Shown here piece by piece: positions 1-11,760 of a stretch of DNA of 64,000 bases (positions within the stretch are counted from its first letter, which is position 1; the number at the start of each line of letters is the position of its first letter). The position numbers were made by a program, and so were the translations under genes. The notes under the pieces are model-generated. The model worked only from the letters and a program-made list of their open reading frames with translations, was not told the origin of the DNA and ran no database searches. Source of the DNA: Paraspadella gotoi (taxonomy: Eukaryota; Animalia; Chaetognatha); contig CM119264.1 of assembly GCA_051294375.1 (NCBI GenBank), forward strand, positions 25,422,051 through 25,486,050. Reading direction: 5' to 3'.

Positions 1-76
1 GGATCAGACCAAGGATGAATAAATAAAACTATGTGTATTGTGTATGGAAAAGGCTTTGGGATTTGATATACAGGCG

Positions 77-127
<51 letters not shown>

Positions 128-265
128 ACGAGGGGAAACGGAGCGTCGTTCGGCATCACCGCCTCGTGAATTCTTTACGAGAATTATGGATCATGTTTAT
201 TTTTTTGTGTTTAATGCTCCTCAGCCTTTTCTTCTTTTCTTTCTCTCATTCGTCTTCTTTTTGTC

Positions 266-315
<50 letters not shown>

Positions 316-1142
316 TTTCTCTCTTTCTCTCCCTCTTTATTTTCTTTTCTCAGAATTCTTTTGGCATCCACTATTCCATTTGGCTTCGGCCTTTACTTTC
401 CGAGTGACTAATGAACTTGGGGCGGCGCTTTTCCTCCTTCCTCTGTTGTGATTTTTTTTTAAATTTACTTCCTCCATCCTCTGTACTACAATATATTTTA
501 ATTTTTAGCTCTTCTAACTACTCACTTCCTACTTCTCCGTTACGTAATATTTTTATTTCTAATCCTCCTTCTATAACTTTCTCCATTTGTTTTTTAAAAC
601 ACAATTTCTTTTCCAATTTCTTTCTCTTTCTTCAGTTGTTTTTTAAATCTTTCTTTTTCTTACTCATTCCATTTCCATTTTCTTTATGTTAACTACATAT
701 TTCTTTGTCTTTTTCTTTCCTCTTCGGGTGGAGGCGCTCGTTTTTAAACTTGAGTGTTCTTTTGTTTTCTTTCTTAGTTCCGCCATCTTTACACCATTTT
801 TTCCCATTCATTTCTTTAATTTCAAAGAGAGTGCGGTGATTTTAACTGTCAAAATGTTAATGTGTCTCACAAATGGGGTTTTTTACCTATTGTAGTTGAT
901 GATGTTGGATATTGTGATCGTTCATGATTGTAAAAGACATGGTTTTGGTTTGTCTAATTTTATTTAATTTTATCTTAACTTTCTTTTGCTTGTTTCGTTT
1001 CGTTATTTTCTGTTTTCCCTCTTCCTTTTTTTCTTTTCCATCGCCATAACACCGCGTAAGGATACGACCACGTTGAACAAAGTTTCACAAAGTATCGATA
1101 GGAGATCTAAAAATAGAATCCCTTTCTTATGAAGTCTTCTCT

Positions 1143-1174
<32 letters not shown>

Positions 1175-3210
1175 TTCTCTCACTCTCTCCCTTTTTCCCT
1201 CGTTCCACTCAACCTCCTTTCTTAGATTGGCAGGGGAGAGATTCCAGCCTCGATCAAAACAACTAATCGGGCCGAGCGCCAGCAACACTGGGCTGCTCTT
1301 CTGCCTCATTAGTCATAGGGTGATCCCTTGTAACTCGCCACTCCAAACAGTCCGCCCTTTTAGACATAATAACGGTACACCGTGTTGTATAAAAATTAGG
1401 TTTTGTTTTACTTTCATTTTATATTTTCTTTTACATTCTTAAATATTGATTAAATTTGATCAAGATTGGTCACACGATAGCTTGTTATATTCTTTTTATT
1501 AAAGTTACCATTAGGTCTCAAATGGTTACCCTGTATGTGTTTCTCCTTCAGTTTTCCTTTTCAATGTTACAGTAAAGATTATCTTTGACGTCGAGAATTT
1601 CGCTGCACTCACTGACGTCCCTATATTCATTTCCTCATCCGTTTATCATCCATCTATCAGCCAACTTCATCCGTCTTTTACTTTATTGAGTCTGTCTTCA
1701 TTTATCACTTCATACGTTCATTCGTTCATGTGATAATTCCTTCAGTCGTTCGTTCTTTTTGTTAATTAAAACATTTCTTCTTTCGTTGAACCTTATATAT
1801 ATATATATATCATAATATCTACAAAGTCATACTCAATTTAAAAATGTTCCATCAGTTCTTTTCTCGTCAGTCAGTTCATCCATCCGTTTATCCCGGCATT
1901 TTCCAGTCTAATCCATCCACCCATCCGTCGGTCTCTTGACCGACTTTTTCCGGGGTCTAATGCTTCGCCAGATTCCGCTCTCAGCCGGCGCCTCGGCGTT
2001 GCTAAGCCCTCACCCTAATTCCTCAACGGCTTTCAGGTCCAGAGTCCGTTTTGCCTTCACCTCTTTAACTTTCTTTCGATTCACGAATTCACAACAAACC
2101 TAAACCTCACCATCATCCTACCCAAGACTCATATTTTTCCAGTAGTATATTGCTACACCGACAATCGCCCAATATGATGTAACAATTTCATCTATTCCTA
2201 CGTAATTAACTCATTGATCAATCATCAATTATTAATTAAAAAATACTTCACTTTGTCGTTCTTAATTTAAACAATTGCTGCAGTATGATTTTATAATATT
2301 TATATCAACTCACCCTTTTTTCTTTTCACTCCTTTCTCACTCCCATTCCCAATCTTTCCCGACTGCTTAAAGCTTCCCTCTTTAACACTGACCCAGTCCA
2401 GCCCTCTTCTGCAGTGGGTGTTAGGCCAAGCAAGAGTCTCTTCGATTCGATTATGCATCGAGGAAAAGACGAGTTTCACCCTTTCACCTCTGGTACATCT
2501 CACCCTCCACTCACCCTCATCTTACTCACCCCAATTCAACCTACCATTGTAGCCTAAGCCTTTCGGCCAACGCTACAGCTAATAATGCTAATATATTCAT
2601 TTTACCAATTTCATAATTAAAAATACATACAATTTGTATTTCCAATCTATAAAAGTATGAAAATTGCAAAATTTAATGTTCATAATAATAATACTACATA
2701 ATACTGAACTTACTTAATAACGAATGTACCTCATTGCCATTAAATAAAAAATATATTTTCACATTTAATCTTCGCGGTCAGAACTCTATTCAGTTAAAGC
2801 CACTCTACTTATTTTGCCACACTTACTAACCTATTTTGTTAAAGCCTATTATACCAAGATTTTTATTCTTACTATATTAATCCTTCCAATGAAATTTTAC
2901 AAATCTAGTCGTTATTAATTATACGCTTTTAACTCTTATTATTGGACTAACTCCCCTAGATCTAAGGCCTCTGTCCTTCATTGACTCGGCCACCAACCCC
3001 TCAAGATCTAGGCCCTCTATCCTTCATTGACCCGGCCCCCGCCCCCTTGCGGTCTCGACCCGAGAGACCTCGGCGGTTGACACGCGCCCAACGAAAAAAG
3101 CGATTCGAGAGTCGATGAGTCTTCTTTTCTTTTCTTTTCCTTTTTTTTCTCTTTTCGTTTCTTTTCTTTTTTTTATTTTCCTTTTTTGTTTCTCTTTCTT
3201 TTATTTATTT

Positions 3211-3242
<32 letters not shown>

Positions 3243-4069
3243 TCCTTTTCTTTCCTTTCATTTTTTTTTTCATATTTTTTTTATTCTCTACTCTTTTATT
3301 GTTTTTTCCTTCCTTTTCGTGCCATGTTTTCTCTTTCTTTACTTCTTTCCTTCTTTCTTTATTTCTATCGTTTCTCTCTTTCCTTCTTTCTTTTCTTCTT
3401 GAAAATGAAAATCTGAATCTCCCTCAGAATCGAATCTCGAGAATGTACTTCGAGCTCTTCAAAGACAGACGAAGAATCGTCGTCCTGGTCGTCATCGTCG
3501 TTGTTGCCGTTGTCGTCATCGTCGTGGCGCCAACCTTTGCGCCCGTCTCTGTTGTATCCGAATGTTTAACCCTGGTCTTCTCCTTACATCCGGGTTTAGC
3601 TCAGTAAGCATCGAATCGGAGGTTTTCTAGGCGAAGAGTCCTCAGAAACTTCATTTCATATTACAGGTAACGTATGTCGTGTCTCCTCCGTTCGGCCTAG
3701 CGCTTGACGAGTTTCCAGTTCTAAATGGTTCTCTTCCCTTAGGCCAAAAATATCTCTGTGTTGAAGCTAAACCTTCGTTTGAAACAATTTTGACATCAAT
3801 AAACGAAGGAAAAAAAAGAAAAGAGAATATTTTCTCGATTAGGGGAAAAAGAAAGTGGAAAAGAAAAGACCTTGAAATAACCTGGGCAATATTAAAAAAA
3901 AAAAATTGGGTCTTGGGTCGAGAAAGACAAAAAAAGAATGAAGTTATCGGGACATTAGCCTCACTGGGATTTAACACTGTTAATGAACAGCACTGGTAAT
4001 AACGTATGTGTGTAAATAAAACGGGAAAGAAATCTGGGATAAGTTATACCTGAGGCACAGTATTATTCT

Positions 4070-4164
4070 TTCTCAAACTGAAGCTCTGTTCTGAGACTGA
4101 GACTGTGTTCTGAGACTGAGACTCTGTTCTCAAACTGAGGCTCTGTTCTCAAACTGAGGCTCAG
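4070..4164. repeat. 19-bp minisatellite, 5 copies (TTCTCAAACTGAGGCTCTG / TTCTGAGACTGAGACTCTG variants)
   Basis: Units read directly at 4070, 4089, 4108, 4127 and 4146, contiguous with no spacers. Confidence 0.9.
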
Positions 4165-4337
4165 TCCCCAAAAGGAATTTTTTACGTCTCTCCCTTGAAC
4201 CGAAAGAGTCAGACTAGAGGCGCCTTTCCTATGCGACGACCTTTCTGAGGAAAAAAAGACATTTTCCCTCGTTTTTCTTCTCTCTCTCTCTCTCTCTCAT
4301 CATCTAAATCTCATCATCATCTCTCCTCATCTCTCTC

Positions 4338-4368
<31 letters not shown>

Positions 4369-5070
4369 AGTTATATATATATCTCTCTCCCAGAATTCCT
4401 TTCTTCCCTCGTAATGCGACCCCAAAGCGGCGGTCACGAAGAAACTAAAATCAACGTGAACCGATCGATATATTTTTTTTTTTTTTGCGACGGAGAAATC
4501 TGGGATTTCGTGTCGGCGTCTGAAGGGATGACTCACGTCGCCTTCGCTGGGGAAATATTGGAGGAAAAACGAGGGAAAAATGAGAAAATGGAGTAAAAAG
4601 GAAAGAAATGAAAATAAAAACAAAAGGCGTAGAAAAAAAAAAAGAAAAAAGGAGATGAAAAAAAAGTAGTTAACGTAAAATGGACCTTCAAAATAAAATA
4701 AAAATTTAACAAAATTCTAAACATCGCAGTTATATGTTAAATTAAATATCATTGTTTAAAACTATTAAAATATACCGAGACAGAAATGCTTTCAAGCAAG
4801 AATACGCTTCTTCATGACACCTGTCACCTAAACCCTTCATTATTCCAAGCCAGCCACCATATTTTTTTTTCTTTTTAACCTCGGAAAAAGCAATTTGACG
4901 AAAGTAGCGACATCCAAAGATTTCGCCCAGGGGATGTCACTTAATCCCTCTTGCTTGAAAATAAAAACAAGAAGCATGATCTCCTTTTTTTTCTTTCTTT
5001 CCTCCGTTTTTGGAGCTGCTCTTTGTACTTTCCTCTTTATGGTTCGAATCATCTCTATTATGAAAGTTAT

Positions 5071-5079
5071 TACCACCAC

Positions 5080-5149
<70 letters not shown>

Positions 5150-5474
5150 CAATCATCATCATGCATATTCTTCTTCATTACCTATTCAACAGGTGTCTTT
5201 TTTCCCCTTTTTCCTTTTGTTATTAACTTTTTTTCGGGCCTTCTCCTTTCCCTCCCTTTCTCTGTTCTTTCTTTTTCTTTTTCTTTCTTTTCTTCTCCTC
5301 ACTTTTCTTATTCTTTTTCTTTCACTTTTGGGTTTCCCTTTTTCTGCTTGACGCATGCTGAAATCAATCATTCATTCATTCATTCAGTCAGTCAGTTATT
5401 TATTCATTCATTCATTCATTCATTCATTCATTCATTCATTCATTCATTCATTCATTCATTCATTCATTCATTCA
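5071..5474. repeat. (CAC/CAT)n tract (~5071-5163) and (CATT)n tract (~5386-5474); representative of the many (GA)n/(CT)n/(TTTC)n microsatellites across the window
   Basis: Simple repeats visible directly; they explain the poly-H/poly-I/poly-S and FIHS ORFs in the track. Confidence 0.95.
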
Positions 5475-5857
5475 TGTATTCCATTTTTTACTGCAAGATC
5501 TCACCTCTACTTCTTATTCTTGCAATTCAATTTTTTGCTTTCATCATCGCCCTTAGCCCCTTACCTTTACTCACCTCACCCGAACTTTCCTTCCGCCACT
5601 CCACATTCTATCACTCCTCACATTCTTCCGTTTCTCATTCCACCGCTCCTCGAATCTCTTCGCTCCCCCAATTCGCTTCCCCAATTCGCTCCATCCGTTC
5701 CTCTTTCCTCCCTTTCGCCGCTCCTCCTCGTGAGCGGCCATAAAAAAATTCCGGCGCGCTTATGAAAATCGATTCTTTGTCGAGGTTGAGGCGAATCCCG
5801 GGGAGAAAGAGAGGGAGGGAAAGGAAGGAGAGAGAGAGAGGAGAGAGAGAGAGAGAG

Positions 5858-5889
<32 letters not shown>

Positions 5890-6038
5890 AGAGAAAGGAA
5901 GAGAAAAGGAGAGGAAAAAGAGGAAGAAAGATAAAAAGGGAGGAGAAAATATAGGAAAATAAAATGAACGTTGAGAGTGAGAATAAGCAGAGAGAGAGAG
6001 AATAAAAAAGCGGTGGAGAGAGAGGGAGAGGAAGAAAA

Positions 6039-7164
6039 CAAGTTTGAGCAAACAATGTCGGATTTCTGCCTACGATAATTAACTAATTAATAATAATTAA
6101 TATTAGATTAATTAATTAATAAGTAGATTAATTAATTAATAAGATTAATTAATTAAATTAATATATAATTATAATTTATATTCATGCTTGTCATCATCGA
6201 TGTCCCTTAAATTGAGTCAGGACAGTTATTAATGTTTTGTTTACATTTTATACATAAACAAACAATTATCCTCTATTATCGAGCCAGGCGGGCAAAGCCC
6301 GTCCTGTCTAGATTTTTTTCGGTTTAGCTTTCGGATCGTCCGCTTTTTTTGCAATCCATGGGCTCTGAAAGTTGTGATATCATAGGAGTTGATTTGTTCA
6401 TATATGGCTTCTAATCATCAGATGTTAAATTCTCATGTTTCATATCAATATTGGTATTTGTTTATGTTCTTATTTTACATTATGTACTATACTCTCCTTT
6501 CGATTGTTTTTGAGGTATTAGGAAAAAACAGTTTTTGTTTAGACCAACGATTTATTTTGACACAATTTAGTCAGACATGTTTCGGCTCATAATCATTTAG
6601 AGCCTTCATCAGTGTTATATAGATGATGAAGGCTCTAAATGATGAGCCGCGAACAGTGTCTGACTGAACATTCGTGTCAATAATCGTTGTCAAACAAAAA
6701 CTGTTTTATTTACAAACAAAAACGTTTTAATTATATGTCGCTCGTCTCTCTCTCTCTCTTGTTTCTTTCTCCGTCACTGCTTCTTCTTAAAAACGAGTTC
6801 GGCTCTGCCAGAGCGTCTGTCAGATTCTTTCTCTCTCTCTCTTCTCTCTCTCTCTCCTCTCTCATCTCTCCTTTTTTTTTTTTTTTACAAAAAATTTTCT
6901 TAGATATAATGTGGGGTTCACTAATGTAAAAAAAACGAATGCCGCGAACAGGGCGCGACCGCGGGGTCCTTTGGGTGAGAATAGCTCACGCGGCTACGTG
7001 CGGCGCCATAGTATGCTGAATTCTTTAAGCGAGTTAAAAGGGCTGTAGACTTCTCTCTCTCTCTCTCCCTTTTAATTATATATATCGCGTCTTCTCTTTC
7101 TCTTTTCTCTCGCACGCGGCTGCTCTCTTCTTCTCTTTTTTCTTCTTTTTTTTTTTTTTCTTTT

Positions 7165-7203
<39 letters not shown>

Positions 7204-8590
7204 CTTTTTTTTTCTTCATCTCTCTCTGTCCTCGTCTGTCTCTTCTGTGTGTTGTCTGTCCCTATCTGTCCGATCTTTTTGCGTGATCGTTTGTTTTTTT
7301 GAAAAATTTTGATTATTTTTTTCCTTCTAAAAACTGTTGTATATTATCTGTGCCATTTATTCCGCGCTTTTTTTTCAATACAAATCTCCACTATTTTCAT
7401 GCCGAGATTTTCGGCTGGATTTACCTTTTCCTCTCCCGTCCTTTTCTTCCTCTCCCCTTTTTCTTTCCTTGTCCTTTTTTTTCTCTCTCTTCTCTCTTTC
7501 TTTTTTCTTTCTTTCTCCTCTCTCTTTCTCCCCCTCTCTTCTCTTCTTCTTTCTTTCTCCTTTCTTCTCTCTCCTCCTCTCTTTCTTCTCTCTTGTGACT
7601 CATATTTTTTTTTCATTTAAACTCATTTTCCACTGGTACGTTCCACTGAAACTTTATATCAAGCTTCGTCATTACGTTTTCCTACCCACACAAACAACAA
7701 GATTTCAACTTCAATCTAAACTGCCATCAATATGATTAATTAGAGTATTTACTTGTTAAAATAAGTAAAAAGATTTTAGTAATTCGACTTATGTTTTTTC
7801 CATTTAAACTAATTCCACTCACACGATTCATCGAAATTTATATCAGCTTTATCACACACTTTCCTACCCACACACAAAATTTAATTCCAATCCAACAGCC
7901 AATCACGAGTTTTGGAGCTTTTTGCTAAGTAGGGACGATGGACGGATTTATTGACTAATTAATTAATTATTGATTAATTTATTTACTAATGATTAATTAA
8001 ACTGATTAATTATTTGATTTATTAATACATCCTGCAGATACATTTAATATAAAAGGAAAAGAAGCATAATCAATTAGTAAAACAGGTTTTTGTTTTTTTC
8101 CATTTAAACTCATTTCCACTCAAACTATTCCATCGAAATCTTGATTTCCTGTTCAATCACACACTTTTCTACCCACATACAAAATTCCAGGTCAATCAGC
8201 CCATCCACTCCATGAGCAATTGGTGTTCAAATAGTGAATATATTTTTTTTGTTTTTTCCATTTAAACTCATTTCCACTCGGACGATTCCATCAAAACTTA
8301 ATATCCAGCTCATCACACACTTACCTATCACACACAAAAATTTCATTTAAATCCATCCATCCAATCACGAGTATTGGTGTTTTTTGCTAAGGTGGGCGAC
8401 GGACGGAAGGACGGACGACGGACAGACGGACGGACGACATCATTTTTTTTGGCATAATTTATCATAATTCGATGTTCTGACATGATATAAGTGTGTGCCC
8501 GACAATATTGAGGGGGCGGACCGACGGACCGAAAAGTGAGTTATAAAAAAGTGAGTTATAGGAGTCGGATCGCTGATAAGCAATCCGACT
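6039..8590 (-). mobile_element. Non-autonomous Helentron/HINE (DINE-1-like) element, ~2.55 kb, with internal tandem repeats and nested insertions
   Basis: The minus-strand 5' end is ttttAGTCGGATtgcttatcagcgATCCGACT (short inverted repeat), followed by a (GTCC/GTCT)-type microsatellite (8395-8437). The 3' end has ATCCGAC followed by a GTTTG-CT-CAAAC hairpin and tt. It is inserted in an A/T run. The duplicated copy shows the empty site (gaggaag-A7-ggagg at ~17425-17443). Four diverged ~130-150-bp internal repeats start near 7610, 7795, 8095 and 8255. Confidence 0.75.
6570..6616 (-). ncRNA. Minimal type I hammerhead-ribozyme motif in the left arm of a ~190-bp palindrome (6521-6707)
   Basis: Minus strand reads aaca-CTGATGA-a-GGCTC-taaatgattat-GAGCC-GAAA-CATGTC-tga: core boxes, 5-bp stem II, palindromic ACAUGU helix III, GUC site. 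Stem I is weak. A degenerate mirror copy lies on + at ~6622-6665. Confidence 0.65.
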
Positions 8591-9790
8591 AAAAGGAGGA
8601 AAAAGCAGATGTAAAGGTAGAAAGTGAAACCGATTCGGTAGCAGAAAAGAAGGAAGGAAAAAGAGAAGAAAAAGAAAGAAAGGAAAATTTAAGAGAGGAA
8701 AAAAAATTTTTGGTTTCTTTCTTGAAAAATTCAAAAATCCCAGTTTATTCTTCACCCTTGTCACCTTATTTTTTCTTTCCGCGGGCGAAAAACGAAGTTG
8801 AATAAGTGTAAGAAAGGGCGGGTTAGACTTAGAGCGGTTTGGTTAGTTTGCATTTAATACTTGTTAGTGATATTTATATATTCATCCCTATACGTAAAAA
8901 ATTTTCTGGATCTGTTAGTCTCTTGTCAATACGTAAATTTAACTTAATTATAATGAAGATAGAATTAAAATTACAAACTGTCAAAAATAATTTTCTACTT
9001 AATATTTCAGTCCATTTCTTAAATCAGGAGAAATTCGAAAATATACATAAACTTTTTAAATTTGAGACGCCTTAAAAAGTGATTTAAAAGAGGCAGAGAA
9101 ACTTTGGTTGTAGATATGGAAGGCCCGTAGGGGAAAAAGGCGACTTGAGCCACGAAGGATAAAAAAAAGGATTTCGCGCAGCAGAAAAAAAAATGAGGAA
9201 AAATCGTTTTAAAAATGCAGAATTCAGTGAAAGTCGATGTTTTTGGCCTGAAAAAAATGGAAGCAGTAAAGATCGAAAAAGGAGGAAGTCTGAGCAGACG
9301 ATGCTTCATAACAACGACAACTACAATAACACAACTACGAAAATAACAACAACAACGACCACAATGACAGCGACTGCCCCACCCACAACCAAAACTTAAG
9401 AACAAGAACAACAAGGACAATTACGCCGACAAGGACCAACATAGACAACACACAACTAGTCCCTGAAAGGACAACAACAGTTACAACGACAACGAGGGTC
9501 GTGCAAGCACGAAAGCCGTAAAATAACGCGTGAACCTCCAAACCTTTTTTTGCACGTACTTGCTCGGTGTCGAACCAGAATGACAGGCAATTTCGGTTGT
9601 TTTTGTTTGTCCTCTTGCTTCCGGACGAACTAAAACGTAAACAAAGCGAAAACAGAGCTGATTAGCTTTCATCTTCTTTTTTGCTTTTTTTTCTTTTTGC
9701 GCTCTTGCGGAAAAAGGAAAAGAGGGAAAGAAGGAGAGAGGGGAAAGGGTAATTGGAGGTTAAGATGGATAAGAGAGAGAGAGAGAAGAT

Positions 9791-9850
<60 letters not shown>

Positions 9851-9982
9851 TAGAGAAAGAGAGGAGATGCGAATTGAAAAAAAATCGCAGTAGGGTTTGT
9901 TTTTCCCTCTCGCTCCGTCGAATTTTTGTTTGGTACGTCCCGAGATTCTCTCTCTTCTTCTCTCTCTCTCCATCTCTCTTCT

Positions 9983-10026
<44 letters not shown>

Positions 10027-10624
10027 TTTCTCTCTTTTCTCTCTCTCTCTCTTTCTCTCTTTCTCTCTCTTTTTCTGTCTTCAAAAACACGTTTGCAAAT
10101 TTGCGCGAATTTCAGTAGCAAAGGCTCTTTGGTTTTTTTTTCTCGGCTAAGATAGCTTTTCAATTCTCGTGCGCTGGGTAGAAGGATCCAGCGGCAAAAT
10201 GAAATGGAAACTTGTCGTTGTTGTAAAGGCCCGAACATGATTCAAATGACGCATAAAAAAGAAATTTAAACTCTGTTTCAAGAGTTGTGTTTTTAGATGT
10301 CGGTTGTCGGAGAATAAATAGTTCACCAAATGAGATGCATCGATATTGAAATCAGAAAATGAATGAAATCAGGGAAAAAAAAAAGAAAAACTTTTATTTA
10401 CCTTGTTAGAAAACATTTCCTAACCAGAGTTCCGCAATTAAAAAGTTTGTGACAGGGCGTTCGAATAGAAGTATGGAAATTTCTAAAGAAAACGAAACGC
10501 AATTTTACGTTCTTTATTAAAAAAAGAATTATTTCGAACATTTGAAGGCCATAAACATTTTACTTCCAAAGGTTGTTAAATGGTGAAATCTCAGCTCTTC
10601 AACTCTAACTCTTCAAACTCTCCC

Positions 10625-11760
10625 ATCATGTCTTTTTCTAAAGAGTTTGAACGAGGTGCTCGGTGTGCGAGATCCTATCGGCTTCTTTTCTGAAAAACAT
10701 CTCATCCATCGTCATTTTTTCTTTTTGGACGAAGAGGACGAAGGACGAATTCCTTCCTTCCATCATCCTTCACAATTCGAAGTCCAATCGAGTCGGAACG
10801 CCCTTTTTTATTCCCGCCAATCTCGTCATGACCCCGGCGCGGCGCCGGCGCGGTTGCCAACGCCGCCGCCTTTAGGAGAGAATACCCTCGAGACGACGCG
10901 AAAAGGGCGCGCTCGTGTTCGAAGGCGCGTCGATGAGCGCTCCCTCGAGTGGAATTGTTTGAGACGAAAAAGAGGAGGAGGAGGAGGATGAGGAGGAAAG
11001 GTGAGTTGGTCTTCAGAAACGAATGTGTCCGTTTTACGGTTCAAGGTGAAACATTTCAAACCCTTCCCTCTTCGCCCGAAAGCCAAGTATTTTAGGCGAT
11101 GCTACCAAGCTTTTTGCCTACGGGCGAAATCGAATCGTCGCTCTCATTTTTATCTCATATTTAATTAGGTTTATTTTCGTTTAGTAGGACTCTTTTTAAC
11201 TCATGTTAAGAGCAACATTCTAATCCTGCGCAAGATCATTTGACCATTGGCCACATCTTTCCTCAGAAATCTTTGATTTTTTTAAATTTTTTTCGTTATC
11301 TCTTTCATCCATTTACTGAGAGGCTCTTAGTGCGGCATTGAAGTTTCCCCAGTTTCCCTCCTCGAAGGCCATGTTTCTTCCTGCCCCCACCATGCCTTCA
11401 CCTACCTCCTGCCCGCTCGGTTTCTTCCCTGCCCTCCTGGTTCTTCCTCCCGCCGGTTCCTGGTTCTTCCCTGCCCTTTCTGTTATCCTCCCCGCCCCGT
11501 TCGGGTTTCTTTCCCCTGCCCTCTTTTGTTCTTATTCCCCCGCCCGTTCCGGTTCTTCCCCCTGCCCTCTCTGTTCTTCCTTCCCCCGCCCTCCGTTCTT
11601 CCCCCCCCTCTGTTCTTATTCCCCCCGCCCGTTCCGGATTCTTCCCCCGGCCCGGTTCACGTTTCGAGGTAGCAAAAGCGGGACGAGGGCGAATGTTCTT
11701 TTTTACGCGCATTTGAGTTTATGGCAAAGAATTCGTGACTCACGGAGGAGCTTTTTGAAA
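10625..11760 (-). CDS. Probable exons of an unidentified gene: an Arg/Gly/Lys/Asn-rich ~45-bp tandem repeat plus a terminal exon ending ...MDEMFSERADRISHPSTSFNSLEKDMM* (second copy ~19580-20700)
   Basis: GC-rich islands with plausible reading frames when both copies are compared; acceptor-like cccgtag at ~11120. No recognisable domain, and frames are broken by indels. Confidence 0.3.

Noticed and set aside
33-5962. Numerous ORFs rich in ER/SL/F/H repeats here and throughout the window
   Set aside because: They are translations of (GA)n, (CT)n, poly-T and (CAT)n tracts that lack stop codons by composition.
7605-8390. Four spaced repeats resembling a CRISPR-like array
   Set aside because: Units are long (~130-150 bp), diverged and irregularly spaced, lie inside a HINE-type element in eukaryotic DNA, and there are no cas genes.
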